From the NCBI GenBank assembly GCA_964106915.2, contig OZ066918.1: 64,000 bases of DNA. One strand, 5' to 3'. Origin of the DNA: Podarcis gaigeae. Taxonomy: Eukaryota. Positions 50,113-62,611 of this stretch are shown here, in pieces. The notes under the pieces were generated by a model. That model made no database searches. It was not told where the DNA came from and saw nothing but the letters and a program-made list of their open reading frames with translations. The position numbers were made by a program, and so were the translations under genes. Each line of letters starts with the position of its first letter. Within the stretch, counting starts at the first letter, position 1.

Positions 50113-50495
50113 AGAACTTTTAAAATGGAAAGCATAATGCTGGTCGTCAACAAAATAAGTTTAAAGACTCTCTCAAGGCAAAAATGTAGTATAAACACCG
50201 ACAACTGGGAAACACTGGCCTGCAAGCGCTCCAATTGAAGAATAGCCTTTACCAAAAGTGTCATGGGCTTTGAAGACGTTTAAACTCAGGACCAAAGGGA
50301 GAAACATACTAAGAGGAAAGCATGCTTGGCTAACCTTCACTGTGATCAACTCCCGCCCGAAAACCAATGTCCCCACTGTGGAAGGATGTGTGGATTCAGA
50401 ATTGGTATCCACAGTCACTTACAGACTCATTGTTGAAACTTTGTTTATGGAAGACAATCTTACTCGGCTACGAGTGATCGTCGAAGAAAGAAGAA
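50113..50495 (+). mobile_element. RTE-clade LINE 3' end (second copy)
   Basis: Similarity to 16413-16813 is visible in both the DNA and the ORF track. Confidence 0.7.
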
Positions 50496-51317
50496 AAGGT
50501 CTGCCTTCCAATATGTGCTTAGAATGGCAGCCTTCACTGGAAAAGGATTTATTTTATTTGAAGTCAGGTTTTGATCTTGCACCAAATGTTACGACAACAC
50601 TTAGGAACATTTGTCCGGAGTTCTGTAGTTGTTGGCCTCGGCGATTTCCTCCAGAACATGACCATCTCCTCCTAACCTTATCTGATTAGGCAGGATTTAA
50701 GTGACAGGGTTTGGGCTTTGATGAATTTAAGTCAAATGTAAACATAGCCACCGGGTTTCCTCCACAGAAGTGGAAGCTGATATCCTATCTAGCTGAAGAT
50801 CCAATTGGGAGAATTTCCTTTATTATATTGTTTGTGTGTGCACTTTTTAAAAAAACAACAATCCCTTCAATAGCTGACGTCAGAAATAATTTGCTTCAGT
50901 ATAAGATTTCAGTGACGTCTAAACATCAGAACTGGTTTTGTTTAGCTAGTTATAACACGATCAGGCTTCAGTTACGTTGAACGAGGTGAAAACAGTGAAA
51001 TGATTAGTTGTAAAAACAGATGAGAAACTGCAAGTTTTTACCTACCTCTCATCCACTGCAAAGACAATGCATGGTGAAATTTCAGGATGCTATGTGGGGA
51101 GGGAATTCTGAACGGGATTTCTAATATGCAGGGCTTCTACATATAAGTAGCAGAAACTATAAATCATGCTCAATAAGAAAAATATATGGAAATAATTTAT
51201 ACAGGTTGCAGACTCTTGCATTTCTTGGTTAACAATTTAAAGTATAACATACTGTGCTATATTGTTTTCATTGGGACTTACTTCCAGGTACGGTGTGCAT
51301 AGAAGTTCAACCTAAAT

Positions 51318-51567
51318 CATGGGCAAACTAAAGCCCAGGGGCTGGATCCTGCCCAATTGCCTTCTAAATCCGGCCCGCGGAAAGTCCGGGAATCAGCATG
51401 TTTTACATGAGTAGAATGTGTCCTTTTATTTAAAATGCATCTCTGGGTTATTTGTGGGGCATAGGAATTCGTTCATTCCCCCCCACCTCAAAATATGGTC
51501 CGCCTGCCCCCACAAGGTCTGAGGGACAGTGGACCGGCCCCCTGCTGAAAAAGTTTGCTGACCCCTG
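51318..51567 (-). mobile_element. Non-autonomous hAT-type element
   Basis: 8-bp duplication RCCTAAAT; related copy at 1886-2137. Confidence 0.75.
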
Positions 51568-51900
51568 GCCTAAATGTATAATATTGTTAGGCATTTGGTA
51601 GTAGCTACCTGTTTTGTAAATCTTACTTTTACTTTGTGACAGCAGAGGGCACTCAGTCTGTGTAAAAAAATAAAAGTCCAATAGACTGATTGCAGCATCA
51701 CAAAATAAAAGGCAGAGCCAAGAAAAAAAAAGATTGGTTGGAAAATGCAAGTAGTAATAATAGTTCATTTTCTTGGCTAATTGGACATTAACAGCCACAA
51801 AAGCTCAATAGGACTATTTATTTATTGCAAGGTATTTTGAAGCCACTTTTCTGGGCAAGCCCATCCAAAGAGACTTACAATATTTAAACCCTCCTACAAA

Positions 51901-52256
51901 GGAACATGGGTGGCGCTGTGGGTTAAACCACAGAGCCTAGGACTTGCCTATCAGAAGGTCAGCGGTTCAAATCCCCGCAATAGGGTGAGCTCCCTTTGCT
52001 CAGTCCCTGCTCCTGCCAACCTAGCAGCTCAAAAGCACTTCAAAGTGCAAGTAGATAAAGGGGTACTGCTCCGGCGGGAAGGTAAACAGTGTTTCCGTGT
52101 GCTGCTCTGGTTCGCCAGAAGCAGCTTAGTCATGCTGGCCACATGACCCGGAAGCTGTACGCCGCCTCCCTCGGCCAATAAAGTGAGATGAGCGCTGCAA
52201 CCCCAGAGTCAGCCATGACTGGACCTAATGGTCAGGGGTCCCTTTACCTTTACCTT
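51901..52256 (+). mobile_element. Sauria SINE, full length
   Basis: Family similarity; (CCTTTA)n tail. Confidence 0.88.
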
Positions 52257-53689
52257 TTTACAACCTAAGCATAGGATGGAAGGGTTGCCTCCCTGTTAGG
52301 TTTTTCAGAGAAGCTCCAAACTCAGCTTTGGGTTCATCAAAGAGCAAGACATGTCTCTTGTCTCTCTGGCTTCCAGCATCAGCAAAAACACCCACACAAA
52401 ACTCCCTGGTTATTGTTCTGCTACCTTGCAAGTTGATGTTGCTTCCCTCACTTGTTTCTATTGCAACAGGGCCACTTCTTTCTAATGTAAATGTCAGTAA
52501 TTAAGTGGCCAGCTAAGGCCATTACCTTAGTAAAGGAACTGGTTTGTCTGGTTTCCTCTTATATATTCTGTCTTCACCTACAGAGGATCATGGGTTTGGA
52601 AGGGACTCCTGCATATCATCCAGACCAACACGCCCCCCCCCCCAAATATTTTGACAGCATAACCCCCTTTTTTGTTTTCTGGGTTCAACAACAACCAGCA
52701 CCAAGTTAATGGAGCCAAAAGAAAACCAGGATGCTGTGATGAAGAATATTTTATTTGGACCATAGAAACCTGGGTTTGAATTCCTGCACAGTGCTACTGT
52801 ATTTTTGCATGTGTTTGCACATTTCATTTCCATACAAACCCTGCACATCCCAACTCTAAGGAAACAATGTTTTATCCAGTAGTGAATAATGGCTTGGGCA
52901 TTGTCAGTGATGTTGTGGGAAGACGATCTTTGCTACTGCTCAAACATCTGTTTACAAAAAAGCTGGATGGTTGCTCTACAGCAGACAAGAAGCCCATCAT
53001 TCATTTGCCAAATGAGATTTGCACAGGAGATGGAAATTAATTAGTGTCAAGGCAGTCTGGAATAGTTCCTTTCCAGTTCCTTCTTGGCAGCAACCTCTGC
53101 TAAAATGTGGAGTCCTATGAGCCTGGTACCATGTCTGCAATACACCCAATAACCAAACAATAGCTCAATCAATCAAGGTTCCTTCAGAGACTTCAGCCAT
53201 GTAATAGACAGATGTAGCAGTCAATACAGAAATGTTTTTTTTTAATAAATACAATAAAATAAACATACTAGTTTCTCCCATGACACATCTTAAGGGGTTT
53301 TTGACAGAGTTTTTCATATTTTGCAGTTCTGCGCAAGCAGCAATATTAGCCTTGGAGGCATAATTCAGCATCCTGAGAACCTCATGTTTCATTATTTACT
53401 TACATTAAATTAAAACAAGTTTCTAGCCCTTCATAAACCACATTCCCTTGGAGATAACGTGTTGGGGGCCTGCGTCGTCATGGGCAGGGTCATGCTTATG
53501 CGAATCATAATTTACAGCAACAGTAGTAATAGTCATAGTTCTTGCAGCAGCGTAGCATTGGTTGCTGGTGCCCAGAACAGACCAGCTGCCAATGCCACCA
53601 GAGCCACCCTGCTCCTGAGTCAAGCAGGGCCATGCTGTGCTGCCTTGCCTTCCTGCACAGGGGGGAGCCTGGCTGGCTGATGCAGTCCT

Positions 53690-54725
53690 ATTTTTAAAAA
53701 TATATTTATTTATTTATTTATTTTTCCGCAAAAAGAATAAAACATCACATCAATACAAGACATCAAAAGCCGTTACCAGTATACATCAAAGAAAAAAAGA
53801 AAGAAAAAGGAGAAAAAAGATTTAAAAAACAAAAACTCCAATTTTTAAATTCGTGTTTACAAAACTTTCTTTCCTGACTTCTTCACACCTCCCTTTTTTG
53901 TATTCCTCTTTATCTAATCAGATACAGCAAATCCTTATCCTCCTTCAAAAACTCATTTCAAATTATTATGATCACTTCTATTATGTCTCCAATCTTTCCT
54001 TCTTATAATTAAACACCTTTAGCATATTGTTTACTTTTAACATAATATAACCTTATTCTTTCACCCTTTTTCAATTTACGTTTTTGCATACTTTTTTAAC
54101 ACTGTATCACTAATGCCGTATTATTTTCATATCCAACATCATTTTAGCATTCATACACCTTACAGTATTTCTGCAGATAGTTTTTAAATTTCTTCCAGTC
54201 CTCTTCCATCACTTCTTCTCCCAGATCTCGGATTCTGCCAGTCGTTTCTGCCAATTCCATGTAGTTTATTACTTGCATCTGCCATTCTTCCCGGGTGGGC
54301 AAATCTTGTGTCTTCCAGTACTTTGCGATGAGTATTCTTGCTGCTGTTGTCGCATACATAAAAAATGTTCTATCTTTCTTTTGCACCAATTGGCCGACTA
54401 TGCCCAAGAGAAAGGCCTCTGGTTTCTTAGGGAAGGTATATTTAAATACCTTTTTCCGTTCATTATAGATCATCTCCCAGAAAGCCTTAATCTTCGGGCA
54501 CATCCACCAAAGGTGAAAGAATGTACCCTCAGTTTCTTTACATTTCCAGCATTTGTTATCAGGCAGGTGATAAATTTTTGCAAGCTTGACTGGGGTCATG
54601 TACCACCCATAAATCATTTTCATAATATTCTCTCTTAAGGCATTACATGCCGTAAACTTCATACCGGTGGTCCACAACTTTTCCCAGTCAGCAAACATAA
54701 TGTTATGACCAATGTCATAATGTTA
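53690..54725 (-). mobile_element. L1-clade LINE, 5'-truncated (ORF2 C-terminal cysteine-rich region and 3' UTR)
   Basis: CWKCKETEGTFFHLWWMCPKIKAFW motif; AT-rich tail; 12-bp target duplication TGAYGCAGTCCT at 53678-53689 and 54726-54737. Confidence 0.88.
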
Positions 54726-56118
54726 TGACGCAGTCCTTAGCAAGTGATTCCCCGCAACGCCTGCACTGGGGTCACCCCACTGGGGTTTCCTTCCCTCCCT
54801 GCCCACTCACTGTGCACCTGAACTGCTGTGCCACCTTCACCAGGGCAGAGTAGGGATCCTGTGGAAGCCAGCTCCTGCCTGGGGGACCTGGTTGCACCCC
54901 CTCAGAATTTTGTGCCCAGGGCCATGGCCCGCCTGCCCCCCATGCTACCCCATTATGTCCTTGTACTCTTTCCATCCTCCCCACTCCTGAAAGCCTTTTG
55001 GCAATGCCTGCTTTTTTGCTGCTGTGCTTTGACTTTATATGGATTTATTAATTTTCCTAGCTGTTCCATGATTTTGCCTTCTGATGTTAATGGCTAACTG
55101 TGATCTACCTTAAGTTTCAGAAAGGTGGGGTAGAAATAGTTTACATAAACAAATGGAACCCTATGCAAATAGTATGAGCAGGAAGTGGGGCTCAATAGCA
55201 ACTGATGCTCTTCGGTGACTGCAGCAATCTTATCATCTGGACCACCTGGGGTTGGATGCTGTACGTGCCACATCTGGGCATAGAAAAGAAGAAGGATCAG
55301 TCAAGTTAGTGGCAAATCCAGAATATGGTCCATTGAAATAGACAACTCCTCAGCCCCAAATTCTTGGGAGCATGCTACTCATTGCTAGAAGATATTATTG
55401 AGGTCAAAAACGTAAGCAAGAAGCAATTATAATAACAGGTCAAATGAATAAGCAGCTCTCTCTAGTTCATAGAGAGAGCCTATACCCCCTATAAAAAAGG
55501 GAAGAAGCTAAATATAACCAATTCAGCAATTGACTAATTATTCCACAATTGCCCATCATAATACCAGCCTTTTAAGCATCTTTAAGTATGGACTAGCACC
55601 TATAAAACAATGATAGGATAATGATCGTGGGACTCAGTTGCTGACAGCTTGCAGTGGCTGGATGAATTTTGATCCTGAAAAAGTAATTGATGCAGCCTAG
55701 GTGTAAACAGAAACAGAAACCAATACTGTGCAGAGAAGCCAATAAATCTAACTCCCTATAAACCTGATGCACTCACCTTTATTATTGATCATTTTTCATC
55801 ACTGGCCTGTCTAATGGGAGTTAAGGCTGCATTTCCGCGTACACGTATTTGGTGTACACATCATTGCAGTGAAACATATTTCCACGTAAACAAACATAGG
55901 ACCAGTTTGCAGATGTGTCTAGGAGGGTTCCCCCACTGCACCCCACCAGGATCTGTTTCCTAAAAAGCTCCTAATGAAAATGTTAAAATGACTGGCTTGT
56001 ACTGTGTGGTAAAAAAGGAGTTCCTGTTGCAGCTGCAGGCTAGCTACCTCAGCCAAGAGCTGAAATGCCACAATAATGGCCACAAAGGGCTCTGAAACCA
56101 GATTGCCTTTCCCATATA

Positions 56119-56360
56119 TAGTGGTACCTCGGGTTACAGATGCTTCAGGTTACAGACACTTCGGGTTACAAACTCCACTAACCAGAAAGTTGTTGCTCCA
56201 GGTTAAGAACTTTGCCCCAGGATAAGAACGGAAATCACACGCCAGCAGTGCAGCGGCAGCGGGAGGCCCCATTAGCGAAAGTGCGCCTCAGGTTAAGAAC
56301 CGTTTCAGGTTAAGAATGGACCTCTGGAACAAATTAAGTTCTTAACCTGTGGTACCACTG
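56119..56360. mobile_element. Tigger-like MITE
   Basis: TIRs and TA duplication. Confidence 0.82.
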
Positions 56361-56732
56361 TATATTCAAACAATCTCCATTATGGATCCATTAGATCACT
56401 GAGATATTGGAGCAAGCCTTCTTAGTTGTGCCATGAGACCAGCAAAAAGCTACCAGTTAAATGTGCAATTTTTACACCTGTATCCAGAGACATTCATTTT
56501 TGCACAACATTTGTGGGGAAGTTATACATCACATTAAACAGTTGTTATACCACACTTTCCAGCTAATTGTCCCATCACTTTCCATGATGGAAAAAGCCCC
56601 ATTTTTGGAGGGAGTTAGATTTATTGCACAAGTGCACCAAATCAACTGTAATTTCACAACCTGAATTTGTCAGGTGACTGAATACCACTCAAAAGTACTG
56701 ACAATCTGGAAGCACCCTCTGATATAGTGTAG

Positions 56733-56735
<3 letters not shown>

Positions 56736-56782
<47 letters not shown>
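56736..56782. repeat. (AG)n microsatellite
   Basis: Directly visible. Confidence 0.95.
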
Positions 56783-56784
<2 letters not shown>

Positions 56785-58022
56785 CTTTGAGGCTAATGCA
56801 ACACTGTATTTTTTCCATGCACTTACACTGATTTAAATAAATCTGTTCTTTTAATTCAATGTTTTTGTCTAGCCACAGTATCTGCAACCTAGCCATTTTC
56901 CCAGGCTCACAACTGAAAAGGAAATGGCAGCTTGGACAGCTATAAACAAGTGGTTGTTTACAAAGACTCTTTCCACTCTTGTATATTGCGAAGGCAAAAA
57001 TGAAATAAATAAATGTACAAATAAGGTGCTTTTAAAAGGGGAAGTGGTGGTGTCACTACCTAGGTGTAAATCATTTGAAAGGTTCCCTCCCAGCTTCAGC
57101 TTCCTCAAAAGCAGCCCACAGTTGTTGATTTTAAATATAAATAAAACTGGATTTTAACCCTACTGATGCTGTTCACCAAAGGCAGATAATTTCTGTGTCC
57201 ATTAGTTTATTAAATTTATATCTCACCTTTCGTGGAGCTCTAGGGGGCATACATAAAATTCCCAGGCATTTTCCCATCTTGACACTGCTTAGTTTCAACA
57301 AAATTGTTGCACCGTGTGCCTTCAGATATGGGAATACTTAATTATATTATTATTATGGTTTGGAGGAAGGTTCCTACTGTGGATGATTGCCGCTTGAGAA
57401 TTTCAGGCCCCACACTCCTGTGGGTGCACAAAGCTGGTTAAGCCTTTCCGTTGTCGTCATCCACACAAGGACAACAAACTGCTTATTGCAATAATAACTA
57501 GATACACGCAGCACTATTAATAGAACGTTCTTTATTAAGTAACAATTGTACCCAAACATGCTACAAAACAGAAAGGTTACGTTAAGAATCATGGACAAAT
57601 CAACGCATAAAGGTTTTGTAGCAGATTCATTATTATTATTTTTTGACTGATTGGATGTTCCTTAGATATTAAAATTCATTAAGTTAAAACAGAACAAAAC
57701 AAGGAGGGCTGTGTAATAGTCAACAATACCAAAATTGTATCAAAATGCAATAGAAGTGCATGAGCTGTTCGACAGTGTAATGGACTCGCTCAGGAGGTTG
57801 TGAACTGTCCTTCAGTGGAGAGGCTGGATGGCCATCTGCCATGGACGCTTTAGTTGCAATTCCTGCATTGCAGGGGGTTGGACTAGATGACCCTTGGGGT
57901 CCCTTCCACCTCTATGATTCTATGAAATACATATAAGCTTTAAGCATGATTTTGAAAAGTTTAAGAGGTCGGGAGAAGAAATTACCAGTCCGTGTTGGTA
58001 TCAACCTGCCCTTCCTCCTGTC

Positions 58023-58028
58023 TTTATT
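58023..58028 (-). terminator. Candidate polyadenylation signal of the GGT-like gene
   Basis: AATAAA on the - strand about 940 nt after the stop codon. Confidence 0.35.
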
Positions 58029-58561
58029 AAAAAGTTTACACACTTGCCACGAGGGCAAAACTCGGGACTATGGTAAAAGAAACAGAAAAACAACAACGAT
58101 GCCCTAATTTTAGGCATCGTTTTTAGCTGCCAGAGCAAACCGTGTCAGAACAGGTACTTTCATAGCCTGCCTGCCCAAAGTGCTTTGTTCTGCAGGAAGG
58201 ACAATCTTTGGGCCCTTCCTGGAGCTAGGGAGAAGGTGGGCAGACAGCAGCACAGCCAGGTGATGGGACGGCTGGCGGGGGGGTCAGCAATTCACTGCCA
58301 CCCATGCCAACCATCGGACTGCCTCTGTTTGCCTAATGGTAGGAGCAGCCCTGGTTGCAGAGCTGTGTGACTGAGAGCAGGAATATAGACACCTGTAGGA
58401 GTCCCATCCATAGCACCTTGGCCTCTGGCCAATCAGCTCCCCTGGAAGGCTGCCTATAAAGGAATGTAGACCTTGGCTACATCCCCCACCCTTCATCCAA
58501 CTTGATTGGCAGCAGAACCCTCTTCCACAGTCACAGGTAGAAATGCCTCTGACTATCCCTG

Positions 58562-58795
58562 AGAAGAAGAAGAAGAGGAGGAGGAGGAGTTTGGATTTGA
58601 TATCCCGCTTTATCAATCTCCTTTCCCTTCCTTCCCCACAACAAACACTCTGTGAGGTGAGTGGGGCTGAGAGACTTCAGAGAAGTGTGACTGGCCCAAG
58701 GTCACCCAGCAGCTGCATGTGGAGGAGCGGAGACGCGAACCCGGTTCCCCAGATTACGAGTCTACCGCTCTTAACCACTACACCACACTGGCTCT
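58562..58795 (-). mobile_element. tRNA-derived squamate SINE (Squam3-like), in the GGT-like 3' region
   Basis: Similar to the 28445 copy; (CTT/CCT)n tail. Confidence 0.75.
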
Positions 58796-58965
58796 GTACA
58801 TGCAAATAATTTGCTCTATTACCAAGCTATGGCTCAAGCCGATTTTGATCCATTTTCCCCTTGCCCATATTGTCATTGTTTATACCCTTTCAGATTTGAG
58901 TTTCGATTTGGATATTGATTTTTTTAAAAAACCCACTTAAAACACAGCCAATTCTTTCTTCCGTG

Positions 58966-59204
58966 CTAATATCCTAATGCACAGCCATCAGCTCGGGGAT
59001 CAGACCCTGCCCAGAATACATTGCTAGAAGAAGGCAGGATTCTCCAGTGCCTCCACCAGTCTCCTTTGGTGATAATTTGGCCCCGTCCAAACACGCTCCT
59101 GTTGTGCCCAGTTACAGGTGCCATGACCCTATGACCCTTGGCTATCAGTGCTTCCGTGATGTGCTGAGGGATGCCATCTTCCAAGGACACGAGCCATGCA
59201 TCCA
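58966..59204 (-). CDS. GGT-like terminal coding exon
   Basis: [11 protein letters not shown]...FGRGQII...[15 protein letters not shown]. Confidence 0.92.
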
Positions 59205-59559
59205 CTGTATAAAAGAAATGCATTCAAGGATTTAAATGGACAAGCAATACTGCAGGAATACTAATCAATTTCACAAATGCCATTCAACCCAAAAGACTTG
59301 GATTGAATGAAAGCATTAATTCATAGCTCTAAATCAGGCTTCCTCAACCTCAGCCCTCCAGATGTTTTTGGCCTACAACTCCCATGATCCCTAGCTAGCA
59401 GGACCAGTGGTCAGGGATGATGGGAATTGTAGCCTCAAAACATCTAGAGAGCCGAGTTTGAGGAAGCCTGATCTAAGTCATGATCCCTTGAAAGGCAAAA
59501 AGAATATTCCAACCCATTTCCACAGGATGTAAAAAAAGAAATGTATCTATGTGTGAGAG

Positions 59560-59606
<47 letters not shown>

Positions 59607-61950
59607 CCTTAGTGTGACATTTGTTATTTGTTGCATCTCTGTCCATATTTGTACCAAACTAGATGCAGAATAAAGCACTTCCCTGTGTTCCTGCATCTGA
59701 TGAACTACATATTTTAGAATTCCCACAGCTATTAAAATAAGACAAGGTTGTATGGTGTCTGTATGCTCATTATGTGCGTTTAAAAACATGTCTTACCCTT
59801 TTTGTCATATTCGACACAAAAACGAGGCACATCCAAAGCCTGTTGTGGATTCATTCCAAATTCCAACATGTTGAGCAGTACCTACAAGGGGTACAGAATG
59901 GGGTAAGATGAACAAGGAAAGACAAGCTTCTTACATAAATTTGATACATCCTTAGGAAGTCATCAATTCACAGAGCAGCAACAGCCTGGGCAAAATAGTT
60001 TTTTTTTTTTAATGTCTTCACATAAATGATGGAAATCACAACATGACTGACAAAGCAACTGAAGATGAGTAATATTTTATCTTCATTATGAAAAACAAAG
60101 ACGGTTTCACCGTACTGAAGCAGCACTTCATTTAGGATGTCGATTGTGAAGTTCACTGGATTTTATGCCAGATATGCTGTATTCAGGTATTACTGCATAC
60201 CCACGTGCAGGTCTCAGAGGTGAGACCTCTGAGGTGCACCAGGTGGAGAGGAAGGCATACAGTTGGGCAAGCCAATGTAAAAAAACAACCACCACCAAGC
60301 AAACCCCAAACCCTGAAACAGCCTCAAACACATAAATACTAAATGTTTGCAAACACGCGTCTTAATTATTGATTCTGCACTTGGGCTGCAAAGGATCTTC
60401 TGTAGGGTTTGCAAATGACACGCTTACAGAGAAGTATTTGAAAGATGCAGAGGCTCACCTGAACATGCCCCTGTGGCTGCATGAATCCACCCATTACTCC
60501 AAAGGAGCACAGAAGCTCCCCTGAATCAGCATCAGTAGCCAGAGCAGGTATAATTGTGTGATATGGCCTCTTCCTAGGTGCCAAGCAGTTTGGGTGACCA
60601 GGCTGTAGTGAAAAATTGGCTCCTCTGTTCTAAAAAACAAGTCAGTACAGTAAAAGGCAGAGGTTGGCAAAACTGCCCCGGGGGCATTAATAGGACAATT
60701 CCCTAACAATTTATGGAATTACCTAAGGCTATTAATAAAGGTAATAGCAAAAGAAACCTACATACACTGCTAAAATAGCAGCCAGTTACAAATTAAGAAG
60801 ACGTTACTGCAAAATATACCAGATATACAGTTTTAAAATTAAGGTGAAAAATCGCCAAACTTTGAACCACCTCCCTAGTGTAACCTCCTAGGTAAATATA
60901 CCTCCCCAAACTACTGCACAGCAAATAAATAAATGACTCCCTCCATTAATGTAGGGACAACCCTTCCCATATTCTACTTATTGTAACAAGATCTGATCTG
61001 ATTTGATTTAATTTAATGTAAATAACATTTTAAAGCCAAACAGGATATGAAATAGCAATATTATATACTGGATAGCACTGTGTGCCAATTAATATTAAAG
61101 CAATCTTTCTCTCTCCACTATGGATGGAGGAGAAATTCATTTCAATTTTTATCTCAAGATGAATCTACTTTGTACTTTCTGAAACAATGTGCAAACCGAA
61201 ACACAGCTATTGTTTGATATTTGCACTCCTCCCTATTTTTCAATGCAGCTCTCCAATCAAACAATATTTAAAATGCATATACAGTAGTACCTCGGGTTAT
61301 GAACAGTCCTGCTTATGAACGCTTTGGGTTACGAACTCCACAAACCCATAAGTAGGTGTCCCGGGATGCGAACTGCCCCGGGTTGCGAATGCAATCTGCT
61401 TCCGGGGCCGAAGGAGGCCTTTTAGGCAATGCGCACCTCGGGTTAAGAACGCTTCGGGTTAAGAACAGACTTCCGGAACAAATTAAGTTTGTAACCCAAG
61501 GTACCACTGCATCAGGGGCAAATTTGTATTGGTAAAAATTACATACAAAATGCATGGTATTAGGGGAAATTGCTTGTAAACATGTGTACATTAGACAAAA
61601 CAGCATATAAAAATGTGTTTATCATGAGAAATTCTCGTTAAAATGCTCATGAATTTTCATGAGGATCGTTAAAAAAATATTTGCAGTTTGCTGCAAAATG
61701 TGGAGAACTGAATTTAAGAGGGGGAGAAGCAAAAGTGACAGATCTTTCCATTCCCGCATGCACACACGCTTGAAAGTATTTTCTCACTTGTAATGTAAAT
61801 CCACAGCCATCTGGTACCAGCCCTGTGCCAAATCCCATATAGTTGCTGTTAATGAAAGAGCAGGCATTGCCTTGGGTATCCACCACTGTGAAGTAAACAG
61901 TGTCACTTCCAACCGGAAAAGGATTTCCTTGATTATATTTAGCAGTTGCC
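58966..61950 (-). CDS. Gamma-glutamyltranspeptidase-like Ntn hydrolase of the YwrD/HpxW subfamily; last four coding exons
   Basis: Exons of 163,171,85,239 nt join in frame. Motifs [11 protein letters not shown] (nucleophile Thr), [71 protein letters not shown]. Confidence 0.92.
59335..59470. mobile_element. Palindromic hAT-type MITE
   Basis: TIR CAGGCTTCCTCAA; imperfect 8-bp duplication. Confidence 0.75.
59561..59605. repeat. (GAAA)n microsatellite
   Basis: Directly visible. Confidence 0.95.
59797..59881 (-). CDS. GGT-like exon
   Basis: [28 protein letters not shown]; not in the ORF track. Confidence 0.9.
60459..60629 (-). CDS. GGT-like exon
   Basis: [57 protein letters not shown]. Confidence 0.92.
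61282..61509. mobile_element. Tigger-like MITE nested in an older AT-rich repeat (about 61120-61740)
   Basis: TIRs; the host repeat has related copies near 32840-33580 and 28320-28430. Confidence 0.75.
61788..61950 (-). CDS. GGT-like exon with the autocleavage/catalytic Thr (codon 61899-61901)
   Basis: [54 protein letters not shown]. Confidence 0.92.
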
Positions 61951-62376
61951 CTGAAGGAAACAACAACAACTCAATAACTTCACACAGAAAAAAAGTCATA
62001 AACCCAAATATCTGATTTCATAGGGTTTTTTTCTGAGAAGAACCTCCCCAGAGCCCAAAGAAGATGTCAGTGAGGGTGGTGGAAGCCCCAAAAAGATGGG
62101 AGGCGCAGCGGGGCTTTGTTTCAGTTGCTCAGCCTCCCCACCTAACAGCTGACACATGGGGTAGCGCAGCCACAGCCGCCACTTCCTTATGCTGCCTCCA
62201 GCTGGCCCCAATCCATTTTGGTTTGGATTGAAGACACAGCAGAAGGGGACATGTTTATAGGGTGCTCCCCATTTCACATAATTTTACTTATGTGTACGGG
62301 GGCCCAGAACATTAACCCCTGCACAAGTGGGGAGTTCACCTGTAAGCCGGTTTAAACAAGGTGTGCTTATTTATAA

Positions 62377-62611
62377 AGAAGAAGAAGAGTTTGGATTTGA
62401 TATCCCGCTTTATCACTATCCTAAGGAGTCTCAAAGCGGCTAACAATCTCCTTTCCTTCCTCCTCCACAACAAACACTCTGTGAGGTGAGTGAGGCTGAG
62501 AGACTTCAGAGAAGCCCAAGGTCACCCAGCAGCTGCATGTGGAGGAGTGGGGAATCGAACCCGGTTCACCAGATTACGAGACCACCGCTCTTAACCACTA
62601 CACCACACTGG
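62377..62611 (-). mobile_element. tRNA-derived squamate SINE (Squam3-like)
   Basis: Similar to the 28445 copy; (CTT)n tail. Confidence 0.75.

Noticed and set aside
58966-61950. Bacterial contamination or very recent horizontal transfer of the GGT-like gene
   Set aside because: The gene has canonical spliceosomal introns filled with host SINEs, MITEs and microsatellites.
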